Part shown: piece by piece, positions 25,452 through 35,942 of the stretch
Layout: every line of letters begins with the position of its first letter
Numbering within the stretch: the first letter of the stretch is position 1
Source: Marsupella aquatica
Lineage: Eukaryota; Plantae; Marchantiophyta
NCBI GenBank assembly: GCA_973895155.1
Contig: OZ316892.1
Span: 17,226,357 to 17,290,356 of the forward strand
Direction of reading: 5' to 3'
Length of the DNA: 64,000 nucleotides
Made by a program: the position numbers and the translations under genes
The notes under the pieces: model-generated
The model's input: the letters and a program-made list of their open reading frames with translations, nothing else
Databases searched by the model: none
What the model was told of the DNA's origin: nothing

Positions 25452-26231
25452 CCCAATCAGACTGTAACGCCCTTGCACATCCCCAAACTTTATGGCCATA
25501 TGAATATCTCAAGCTGTATACTCACCATTATTATGAATTATATATAAATTGGTGAAGTGGTAGAGCTTGGTTTGCTTAATTATTCCTCTAGTCAACCACT
25601 TCCCTTACCATTTAGCATGAAGGGCATATGGTCCCCTTTACAAGATACAAGGCAACCATATGTCAACATCTGCGTATGTAGGGAGACATATGGGAAACCT
25701 GTCATGGTAAAGGGGGGTCTAGTGCCTTTTTATCCTACTTTCAGGTCGTGTGTTCAATTATTATTGTTGCGCTTAGCTTTGCACAAACGTTGCATAACTC
25801 GTAATGAGAAGGCAAGGACCATAATAACTCCACGCACTACCTTAAAGTAGTGCAACCTACGCGATGTATAATTGAGCCTAATTTTTAAGATTTTTCTTTT
25901 TCGCCGGTTGTGACAGAAATTGCTAGGGAGTTTCCTTCCTAATTTTCCAACTACACTTTCTGACTGTCATATTTCCCTGGATTTATGGATGATGTTAGTT
26001 ATGGCTAATGCGGGTCTGTTGCCAGGTGACCAATTGGGTAATGGAAGAGACAAAAAACCTAACCACATTTTGCGAAAAATTGTTTAAAGAGGTGGAATCT
26101 GGCAAGTTTTTGCCACCACAAAGAAATTGATGGCGTATTCCCAAGGGCAGTGGTGAGCCCAAGGGTTTAAGAGCATCCCCACAAGTTAGACTACTTGCAC
26201 TCCAGTACCGGGGTTAATGGTATGGCCATTG

Positions 26232-26575
26232 TGTTAGGATTACTCTTAGGTCTAGAGTTACGACTGTACCATAGTTAAGGCTAACCTTAGTTGCAGACTT
26301 GGTTAGGTTAGTCATGCTGTGCACACTCTATAACCAAGCAGTGTTTGCTTGGAGAGATGGAACTCAGGCTCATTCTTACGGAGCTAGTTGAGAGATAGAG
26401 AGAGCTTGTGCTGTGGATGCTTGGTATGGCCGATCGGCCTAGAGTGCAGTAAAGCTCTTGTGTGTTTCCGTGGATGTAGCCTCATGTGGAGGTGAACCAC
26501 GTATCTCTCTGTGTCGACTCTTGTGCGTTGGATGGTTCATGGGCTTGCTGTTGCGATTGTCGTCGATGCTCAACA
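26232..26575 (+). repeat. Copia 5' LTR (344 bp)
   Basis: Matches 32508-32852 with 10 substitutions and 1 indel by manual count. Confidence 0.96.
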
Positions 26576-26577
26576 AT

Positions 26578-26589
26578 TGGTATCAGAGC
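26578..26589 (+). promoter_or_regulatory. Primer binding site, initiator tRNA-Met
   Basis: TGGTATCAGAGC, 2 nt after the 5' LTR. Confidence 0.95.
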
Positions 26590-27423
26590 ATGCCTGGGAG
26601 GAGATGAGGTCTTTTTTTGTGACGGTTTTCTAGCGTTTATTGTCGGTGTTACATTCAGAGTTTCATCGCATGAAACTTGAATGTGTGTGGCTGAACGGAT
26701 AGATTAGTGAGAGGGCTTTCTAACGGTGGTTAGAACTCGTTGATCGGTATCTGTGATGCGGAGGAATCAAAGTTTGCGTTGATCTGGAGTTTTTTCGTGT
26801 TTGACGGTATTTCGAGGGAGAAACCAAAGATCGTTTTTTCAACGGTTTGAGTTGTGCGGTGGGGGAGGCATCGCATGTTATAGCTCATGTTGGAGGTTAA
26901 AGCGAGCTGTTCATTTTGGTAGTTGAGTTGCTGTCGAGTGGTTACCGAGTGCGTCGTGACGAGTGAAGGAGACGTTCAGATTTTTTCACAGGCTATGGAG
27001 CTTGTTTTCATCTGAACCGGGTTACTCGTCGTCACGTCCATCTTGGAGGAAGAAACGCAAAGTGCTATGGCTCAATTTTTTGATCGCGTCAAGACGGTCA
27101 TTTTGAGTCCGGGATTGGCACTTGACGCGGAGTGAGTGTGACACGACGAAAGATTTTTTCTCTGCTGAGCTCACAGATTGTGCCTGTGCAATTCGGCAAC
27201 ATTTCCCCGTCGGCGGTCATCATTTTTACTCGTGGAATTGGCGGCAGCAAGCAACGTTGGATGTTGGCAAATTGTGTTTCCTATGGCAACTTGGCGCACC
27301 GCGGAGAGGTGAGGTGCGGTGGCGACCTAGGGCACAAGGAAAATGACAAAGTTAGTGAACAATAACTTTGTTTGGGAATTGCGGCGGGATTTTTGTAGCA
27401 ATAGGATTTTAGAGGGTGACTTA

Positions 27424-27531
27424 AAGGGAGCCTCGCTCCAAGGGCGACCCGAGGGTGCCTCGCTCCAAGGGCGACCCGAGGGTGCCTCGCTTCAAGAGTG
27501 ACCCGAGGGAGCCTCGCTCTAAGGGCGACCC
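27424..27531. repeat. 27-bp GC-rich tandem repeat x4 in the Copia leader
   Basis: Unit gaggg(a/t)gcctcgctccaagggcgaccc. Confidence 0.9.
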
Positions 27532-27644
27532 GGAGTGACCAGGGGGAGCCTCATGGACTCCTAGCCTCGTGGGCTACGCGGCGGTGATTAGTTTTGAGTT
27601 TTTTGAGAAGTTGTGAAAAACGTCATTTTTTCATGATTTTCTCA

Positions 27645-30600
27645 TATAAGAGATTCAGAGGAGATTTTTGAAGACGTGGAACTTGAAGCACGAGGATCAC
27701 CGTGGCGGTTTGTGGTGGAAAGAGAGGAGCAGGAGGAAGAGCACGTGACACCGGTACCATCACCGGTGCGACGAGTGGTGAAGGAAGCTGTTCTACTACC
27801 GGAGCTCACGGTAGTGCCAAAGAAGAAGATGGGTACGTTCAAGCTTGGGGGACCCAAGTATGAAGTGACAAAGTATGATGGACGCTCCTCGGGGGGGTCA
27901 CTATATGGAGGGTCATACATCGCGTGCGACGTTTTAGGGTTTGACCCCCCTAACTTTAAAGTGAAAAATATTTTTTTGCAAAGCCCTTTCTTTCTTAAAA
28001 TTTTGTCATTTTTTATTAAAAAACCCCTAAAAACTTTATAGAAAGTATTTTTTGCAATTAAATAGGCCTATGTGTTCTTTAAAGTCGACCAATCAATAAA
28101 ACATGCCCTATGTGTTCTTCCACCAAACTTTGGAAGTCTTCCGCCACACCCATTTAAATGGGCCTATACTTCGTCGCACGTGATGTGTCACTTCCGTGGA
28201 AGTGACCCCCCCGAGGGACGCTCTGACTACTTGCTCTGGGAGAAGCAGGTGAAGGGAGTGCTCTATGCTTCAGGGATGGGCCAACTGCTAAGCCCTCGTG
28301 AAGACGATGTTAATGAGAAACAATGGAACCGCATGCAAGAGCAGGGAGTGTGGTGTGTTACACTCTATGTCATGCCTCCCATCATCAAGCAGTTGGGTGC
28401 ACATAAGGACTGCATGTCCTTATTTGCGAAATTGCAGAGCAAGTATCACCGCAAGGAGTTGTCGAACCGGCTCTATACTTCCTACAAACTGATGAGTTTC
28501 AGGATGAAGGAATCCGGTATGAAGTTGCAAGACCATGTGGATGCTTTCAACGACATGGTCGTTGACTTGGAAAACCTTGGAGAGACTTTGAATGATGAGA
28601 TGAAGGCTCTGCAACTTCTCAGTTCATTGCCTCCATCTTACCAATCCCTATCACGGGTGTTGTTGCATCGTGATAGGGATACCATTTCATACAATGACGT
28701 GGTAAGTTCTCTGCTTAGTGATGATCTTTAGCAGAAGATGCACATCACATCACAACCTTCATCCTCTGGTGCTGCCCTCAATGTTAACCGTGGGAGGAGT
28801 ATGCAGCGACCAATTGGGGACCATAGAACCCAGTTTAGATCTAAATCCAGATCTATGTCCAGAGGCAAATCCCCTCAGAGAAGGCAGGTGACATGTTGGA
28901 AGTGAAACCAAGTTGGACACTTCAAGCGAGACTATAAGGGAAAGGCAGCTGAATCTTCATCGGCAAATGTGGCTAGGGCTGATGGAGATGCTGATTTACT
29001 CAATGATGAGTATGTATTATGAAGCCAGGGGTATGCCCTGTGCAAGTCATCTACAAGAGCAGATGATGTGTGGATTCTTGATTGTGCTTGCTCATTTCAC
29101 ATTTGTTACATTCGAGAGTTTTTTAGTTCTTACTCTGTTTCAAACGGTTCAGTTCTGATGGAAAATGATCACTCCTGTCAAATTGAGGGTATTGGGTCTG
29201 TGAAGATTCAAATATTTGATGGCACTGTGCGCACAGTGTCCGGAGTCAGGTATGTACCTGGCATGCGTAAGAATCTGATTTCACTGGGTGTGTTGGATTC
29301 AAATAGTCATAAATGGAGCGTTATTGATGGTGAACTTCAAGTCAAATCGAGAGAGACAATGATCTTGAAGGGGAGCAGACAGAAGAATTTGTATGTGTTG
29401 CAGGGCAATATTGTATGTGTTGCAGGGCAATACTGTATGTGGAGAGGCCAATGTAACCAAGTCTCACGAGGAGATGACTCATCTATGGCATTCACGGCTA
29501 GGCCACATGAGTGAGAAGGGTTTGGCTATCTTACGGAAGAATGAACTCATTTCTAATTTGCAATCTTGTAAATTAGAGTTCTATGAGCATTGCATTCTTG
29601 GAAAGCAGCATCGTTATGCTTTTGGTGTTGGAACACATCGTTCCAAGACGATTCTTGAGTACATACATAGTAACGTGTGGGGTCCATCCCCGACTCCCTC
29701 ACACTCTGGAAAGTTATACTATGTATCATTTATTGACGATTACTCAAGATTTGTATGGATTTATTTCATGACGCATAAGTCTAATGTCTTATCCATTTTT
29801 AAGAAGTGGAAGGCCCAAATGGAGAATCAGACTGGAAACACAGTCAAGTGTTTGGATACAAGGGTGAAGAGTCTGAGGTCAGACAACGGCGGGGAGTACA
29901 CTTCAGTGGAATTTGAAGACAACTGTTCATAATAGGGGATAACTCGCCATCTCACCATAGTTTATACTCCGCAACAGAATGGTGTTGCTGAGAGGCTCAA
30001 TCAGACACTATTGGAGCGGTCACGGAGTATGTTGAGCCAATCAGGTTTACCGTAGGAATTTTGGGCAGAAACTGTCAATACCGCAGCTTATTTGGTAAAT
30101 CTTTCTCCTTCTAGTGCTATCAATTTCAAAACCCCATTTGAGATGCGCTATAAGCGGCAAGCAGACTATCATGGCTTGGTAGTTTTTTGGAAGTGATGCA
30201 TATGCTCTCACACCGAAGCAGAATAGGACCAAGTTGGATCCTACCTCCAAGAAATGTATTTTTCTTGGGTACCAGAGTAGTGTGAAAGCCTATAGGCTAT
30301 GGGATCCTATTGTCTGTAAGCTGGTTGTCAGTAGGGATGTTTCCTTCAATGAATCCAGATTATTGAAGGAGGGGAAGAATACTCAGGTCTCCCGTACTTA
30401 CAAAGGAAAATCTCTTATCCCGGATCTTATTGAGGGGGAGATTGGTCATGAGGTGCATGACCGGAGAGAAGGAGTTGCTTCAAATATGGAGTTGGTTCCT
30501 GTGCCAGAGGAACCAGAGGAGTTTGTTGATGCTGCTGAACAGCAAGTGGATGCTGCTGAGCTTCAAATTGTACCAGCTAATGCAGATCAACCGGAGTCAT

Positions 30601-32307
30601 AGGCTAGAAGAACATTTGGTCGCACTGTACGCGGTCCACCAAGGTATGGACAGTGGGTTGATTCATCTCAGTTGCAAGAGGAGGATTTTGTTACTGAAGA
30701 TGAGGGTGATGCGTTGATATTAGAAGAAGGGGAACCTTCGTCATTTCATGAGGCAAGTGCTTCAGGAGTGGACTGCAACAATGCAAACGAAGGTGCAGTC
30801 ACTGAAGGACAACAAAACTTGGGAGCTTGTCAAGTTGCCTGAGGGACAGCAAGTGATGGACAGCAAGTGGATATACAAGCTGAAGGATCAATCCACAGGA
30901 GGTCGATCGAAGGTCTACAAGGCTAGGTTGGTAGCCAAGGGATTCACACAGGAAAAAGGTATGGATTACAATGAGGTCTTCTCACCAGTTGCTAAGTACT
31001 CAACAATACGGCTATTGTGTGTGCTTGTTGTAATGTTTGGTCTGCTACTAGATCAGATGGATGTTGTCATAGCCTTCCTCTATGGCACCTTGGAAGAGGT
31101 GATCTTCATGAGACAGCCGCTAGGTTTTGTGAAGAGAGGGCAAGAGGATTTGGTTTGCAGATTGCTGAGATCCTTGTACGGGTTGAAGCAGTCACCAAGA
31201 CAGTGGAATAAGCGGTTTGATGATTGGATTTGTGCACAAAGCTTTCACAGGAGTGTGTTTGACCCTTGTGTGTATTTTAAACCGGTGAAGAATGTTGTCT
31301 TTGGGTTCATTGTTTTAGTACTTTATGTGGATGACATGCTTATTGCAGCCAAGGATAGGTCTGAGATTGTTAAGCTCAAGGCATTGCTAAGTGCATAGTT
31401 TAAGATGAAGGACTTAAGGCCAGCTAAGAGGATTTTGGGTATGGAGATCACTAGAGACTTGGAGGCTGGTAAGCTATGGTTGACGCAGAGCAGTTATGCG
31501 ATGAAGGTAATTGCAAGGTTCAACATGGGGGATAGTAAGCCAGTGAGTACCCCGTTGGCTCCACACTTCAAGTTGTCATCAACTTTTTGTCCTACGGATG
31601 AGACAGAGAAGGGGCTGATGTCAAAGGTTCCTTATGACAAGGCAGTGGGGAGTCTCATGTATTTGATGACTTGCACTAGACCTGATCTTGCCATGGCTAT
31701 GGGCAAGGTGAGCAAGTACATGTCGAATCCAGGGAAGGTACACTGGGAAGCAGTGAAGTGGATTATTCGGTACTTGAAGGGTATCGTGGATCATGGTCTA
31801 TTGTTTGATGCACATGCTGATAATGCTAGATCATTGATGGGCTATGTAGATGCTGACTATGCATAGGATCTGGATCGGAGGAGGTCAACAACAGGTTATG
31901 TGTTCACATTAGGAGGTGGATGCATAAGTTGGAGGTCTACTCTGCAGAAGTGTATTGCTCAGTCTACTACAGAAGCGAAGTATGTTGCAGTAGTAGAAGC
32001 AGCAAAGGAAGCGATTTGGTTGGATAGACTTATCACTGAGATGGGATTGCCACAGGGGAATGTGAAGCTCCATTGTGATAGTCAGAGTGCGCTCCATCTT
32101 GTTGTGAACCAGATAATGGACAGCAGAGTGAAGCACATCGATGTCAGGTACCATTTTATCAGGCAGGCTGTGTCTGATAATCAGTTTGAGCTAGTCAAGA
32201 TTGATGGTAAACTCAACTCGGCTGACGCTTTTACCAAAGTGATTCCTTTGGAGAGTTTTTCTAGACATCGTGATGCGTTGCAGGTTTTGCAATTGCCTCA
32301 CAAGTAG
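27645..32307 (+). pseudogene. Copia gag-pol polyprotein, disrupted
   Basis: Gag KYDGRSDYLLW (split by a MITE), decayed zinc knuckle CWK*NQVGHFKRDY, protease WILDCACSFH, GAG-pre-integrase LWHSRLGH, integrase FIDDYSR and LRSDNGGEY, RT YKARLVAKGFTQ and LYVDDML, RNase H AQSTTEA and KHIDVRYHFIR. There are multiple in-frame stops and a 22-bp duplication frameshift at 29389-29432. Confidence 0.93.
27888..28215. mobile_element. MITE (328 bp) nested in Copia gag, perfect 8-bp TSD GGACGCTC
   Basis: TIR CTCGGGGGGGTCACT...AGTGACCCCCCCGAG, extending imperfectly to ~44 bp, with TSD at 27880-27887 and 28216-28223. Removing the element and one TSD restores gag K-Y-D-G-R-S-D-Y-L-L-W in frame. Confidence 0.95.
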
Positions 32308-32496
32308 GGTTACTTAACATTTGTGTAGATACTGAGATATGTTTTTGCTCATTCCTTGTATAGGCGGGTGTATAGGCTACGGCTTAGTTCTGGTCTACTC
32401 TCGTATAAAGAGGGAAAAACCGTGGTTTTTCTTTCCAGATATTCTCACTGAGCAATCATATAGGTTGCAATCTTTACCCTCCCCTAGACCAGAGTC

Positions 32497-32506
32497 AAGG
32501 GGGAGA
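32497..32506 (+). promoter_or_regulatory. Polypurine tract of the Copia element
   Basis: AAGGGGGAGA immediately before the 3' LTR. Confidence 0.9.
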
Positions 32507-32507
32507 T

Positions 32508-32852
32508 TGTTAGGATTTACTCTTAGGTCTAGAGTTACGACTATACCATAGTTAAGGCTAACCTTAGTCGCAGACTTGGTTAGGTTAGTCATGCTGTGCA
32601 CACTCTATAACCAAGCAGTGTTTGCTTGGAGAGATGGAACTCAGGCTCATTCTTACGGAGCTAGTTGAGAGATAGAGAGAGCTTGTGATGTGGATGCTTG
32701 GTATGACCGGTCGGCCTAGAGTGCAGTAAAGCTCTTGTGTGTTCCCGTGGACGTAGCCTCATGTGGAGGTGAACCACATATCTCTCTGTGTCGACTCTTG
32801 TGCATTGGATGGTTCATGGGCTTGCCGTTGCGATTGTCGTCGATGCTCAACA
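32508..32852 (+). repeat. Copia 3' LTR (345 bp)
   Basis: Near-identical to the 5' LTR and followed by the TSD CATTG. Confidence 0.96.
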
Positions 32853-34180
32853 CATTGGTGTTCAGGGTTGTCTTTGGCTGGATTGCACCTGGACCTATCT
32901 CCACCAGTTCCAATGAGTAACATTGATGAGCGATGTCTCTAGAAAGGAGATTGGAGTATTAGTGCCATCTACACAGGTTTGAAGAGACTGGGCTGGGACT
33001 GCCACAGACTACTCAGCCCGACTTGCCAATGAATGTGAAAAACTGTCCATCCTGGCTCTAGAAGCAATTCCCCACCTGGGGGAATGCCCGGCCAGCAGCA
33101 ACTTTAACAAGAGGTGCTCACTAAGCTCTACTTTATCATCAACCAAGCCATGGAAAGTTTTAATCTGGCTCTAGGCCTGTCAAAAGGTGTCTCTCATAGA
33201 CCAGATTAATGAATACTCCTCATTAGTCCATTCTGGTTGCATGGTTTGTGTCTATAGGTAGGTCCATGGGGCATAACTTTCACACTTTCATAAATGTAAA
33301 CCTAGAAAATTTCTGTTCCTTGGGCTCTCTACAAACCCATCTATCATAGTCAAAATCTGGATAGCACCTATTGTTAGACTGATAGAGTGTTTCTCCTTTA
33401 TCATGGACCTACAGTACGGACCCCGCCGGTCTTTGGGAGTGTGCTGCTCCTCCTATTGTAGTTTCCAAATCCCTTGTTTGGTTGCCTTTTAGGAGGCTCA
33501 GTTTCTTTTCCTGGTACCGGCTTCCCTGGCCCCAACACTTCTACCTTCTGGTCCCCTTGGGTGGTGCTCCTTTTTTGGGCCCCCTTCTGGCCATCTGAAT
33601 GGATATAGTTTGGTTTTTCCCGAGGCAAAAAAAATCTGGATAGCACAAATAACAAATAAGCTTACAACAATGTGCCAAAATTCAACCAATAATGGTGGGC
33701 TGGAGAAACATGCTCTCAGTTTAGAGAAATGGAAGGAGATTAAATTCCAGACAAGACAGTCTGACAAATTTTGTATCAGCCAAAATGCATGTGAAATTTG
33801 GTACCCAACACATGTTTTGGCTAGGAGTAAGGCAAACAGCAGAAAAAAAACCTTAAAATTCTTTGGGGTGGTAAAAATTTACCCCAATTTTTTTTAAATG
33901 GCCACCTATGAAAATCTCGATTATCGCAAGAATCGCAGTTTTCGCAATTTAGAATCGCGAACCCAGTTATCACTAGAGTAGTGAGATTTCATCTGCCATG
34001 CCCAATCTGCACACAAAGAAACAACGATGAGAACCAAAGATCCGAGAGACTCGAGCTGAACATTGGAACTTGATGATCGTCGTACCGGTGGCTCGCGAGA
34101 GAGAGATGCAGCGCAGACAGCCAAATTCACTGGCAGCTTAAATTCGTCTTCGAGTTCGAGTCATCAGTCGGTTGTTCGCA

Positions 34181-35942
34181 ATGGTGATTTCAATGTTTCG
34201 TGGGAAGGGCGTGGGCTTTGGTAAATGCCATCTCTACCCTGCTCTGCTGACTTGATTGTACCGATAGAGTGCCAAGAGGTCTGTAATTTGTAGCCGTCCA
34301 TTGGAAGTAGTGTCAAGTTTGGTTGGGGATTTGATACGTCTGCCAGATCACCAGGTGCAGAGGAGGTTTTCCTTGCATTATTAGTCTGTGTTCTTGCGCG
34401 CATGAATTGGTCAATTGCTGTCTAGGGTTTGGATTCTTTGGATTCGATTGAACTGGTCCATGATTGTTACGCGGCTCTTCGTTGTTCACTTTTGATGCAA
34501 GAGTGGTTCCTTGGGTGGAAAAGTTCATTTAGTATAGTCGTTTGAAGAGTATCATGGTTGGGACCATCGCGTTTGAAACGGTTTCCATGTTCGTTCACCT
34601 TCCAGGTTTCGGTGTCGGTTGTGGATTTGGAGTTGGTTGGGGCTTTGGAGGTATACTTTCCAGGACTTACAATCGAGATGCATAGAAATTGCGTTTGTAG
34701 ATTGTAGCTATGTTTTCAGTGTTCTTGCCTCTGCATTATTCACCGAGGTGTGGCAGGCGTGTCTGGTATTTATCCATAGTAGCGGAAGGCCCGGACATTG
34801 TTTAGATGGTCCTTGTCGAGATCTTGTGGCTTCGTTTTTGTTTTGGTTCATTTGGTAGAAGTTGTGCTGATACAAAGTCTTCTCTTTCTGATCACAGGAT
34901 CGTCTCTGCAGACATTGGGATTAGGTGCAGGTAAATCTAGCTCATCTGGCTCATCTTCCTCACTCCTATTCTAAATTCTGATTTTGAATATGATCGATGT
35001 CCACCATTAGCTAGTTGTCAAAAGTGCACATTTTGTTTTTTAGACTGAAAAACTGAAAATGAGGATTGCTCCACAAGAAACTCGTATTAGAGGAGTGATT
35101 TCTGTTCACCTCTCTCGTTACCTTCTACTCGACCTCCAGATGCGTTCTACTTACTAGATGGCGAGTTCTCCGCGCGAACTTCTGGGAACTTCAAGTTTTT
35201 CTATTCTCTTCCACTCTTTTGGTCTATGAATCCCTACACACGCTGGATTTTGAAACAGTGTCCATTAGGAGAACCTAAGTATTGATCTCATTCATCACCC
35301 CTTTCACTCTGGATTCCAAGACCTTTCATAATCATATTATCTGCCCCACTTTTTGACCCCTTGTACGCGTTGGACCTTTGTCGAGCTACTCACTTCTAGA
35401 CTTTTCATAAGCTCTTCCTCTCTGCCTACTATTCCTAAGCTGGGTCGGCCCACCACTCTCTCTTCCTATGCTTAGCACTCTACTACATTTGGAGACGTTC
35501 TGATAAACATGTTCCCAGATCTTCTATCAATCCCTTAGTGCAAACAAATGGAATACTCTTATTTTCAACTGCTACTCCACCGGGGAACCTCACTGGCTTG
35601 TCACTAGAAACTCATGTACTCAGCGCAGCAAACATTTGGTGGAGGCTAAAAGGCCACGAAAGTTAGATTTGTTCCTGTGTGCTAGTTGTCAGCTTCCCAT
35701 TTTATTTCCGTTTTCATCCTAAGGTGTGTAATTTGACCTAACAGTTGCGTGGATATGTGTTGGCCCGTTGACGTGAAGGTGGTGGCTGTGGAGTAGGACT
35801 CGGACTTGGTTGGGGCTTTGGATTGGCCTACGGAACCCCATATGCCGATTCCAAACCCGCATTCGAGGGATATGATTTTCGGAAGATGGCTGCCGCAGTT
35901 GGAAAACATGTACCGTCTGAACCTGCCGGAAAGGAGCAATGA
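34181..35942 (+). CDS. TGD5: TGD5-like small glycine-rich chloroplast envelope protein, 4 exons, 93 aa
   Basis: Exons 34181-34220, 34606-34650, 34898-34930 and 35779-35942 (all GT-AG, all phase 1, 282 nt total) give [93 protein letters not shown]. This matches the TGD5 signature [29 protein letters not shown]. Confidence 0.92.

Larger units (their letters stand above)
26232..32852 (+). mobile_element. Full-length but inactivated Ty1/Copia LTR retrotransposon (Tnt1/Tork-like)
   Basis: Two LTRs TGTTAG...CTCAACA, 5-bp TSD CATTG (26227-26231, 32853-32857), PBS, PPT and gag-PR-INT-RT-RH domain order. Confidence 0.97.

Noticed and set aside
26168-26185. TAA-GAGCATCCCCAC, resembling a Tourist/Harbinger TIR (similar motif at 6631)
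   Set aside because: No matching opposite terminus was found.
32860-33400. Possible minus-strand L1 3' remnant (PKEQKIF, IWSMRDTF) interrupted by the Copia insertion
   Set aside because: The motif resemblance is too weak to call.
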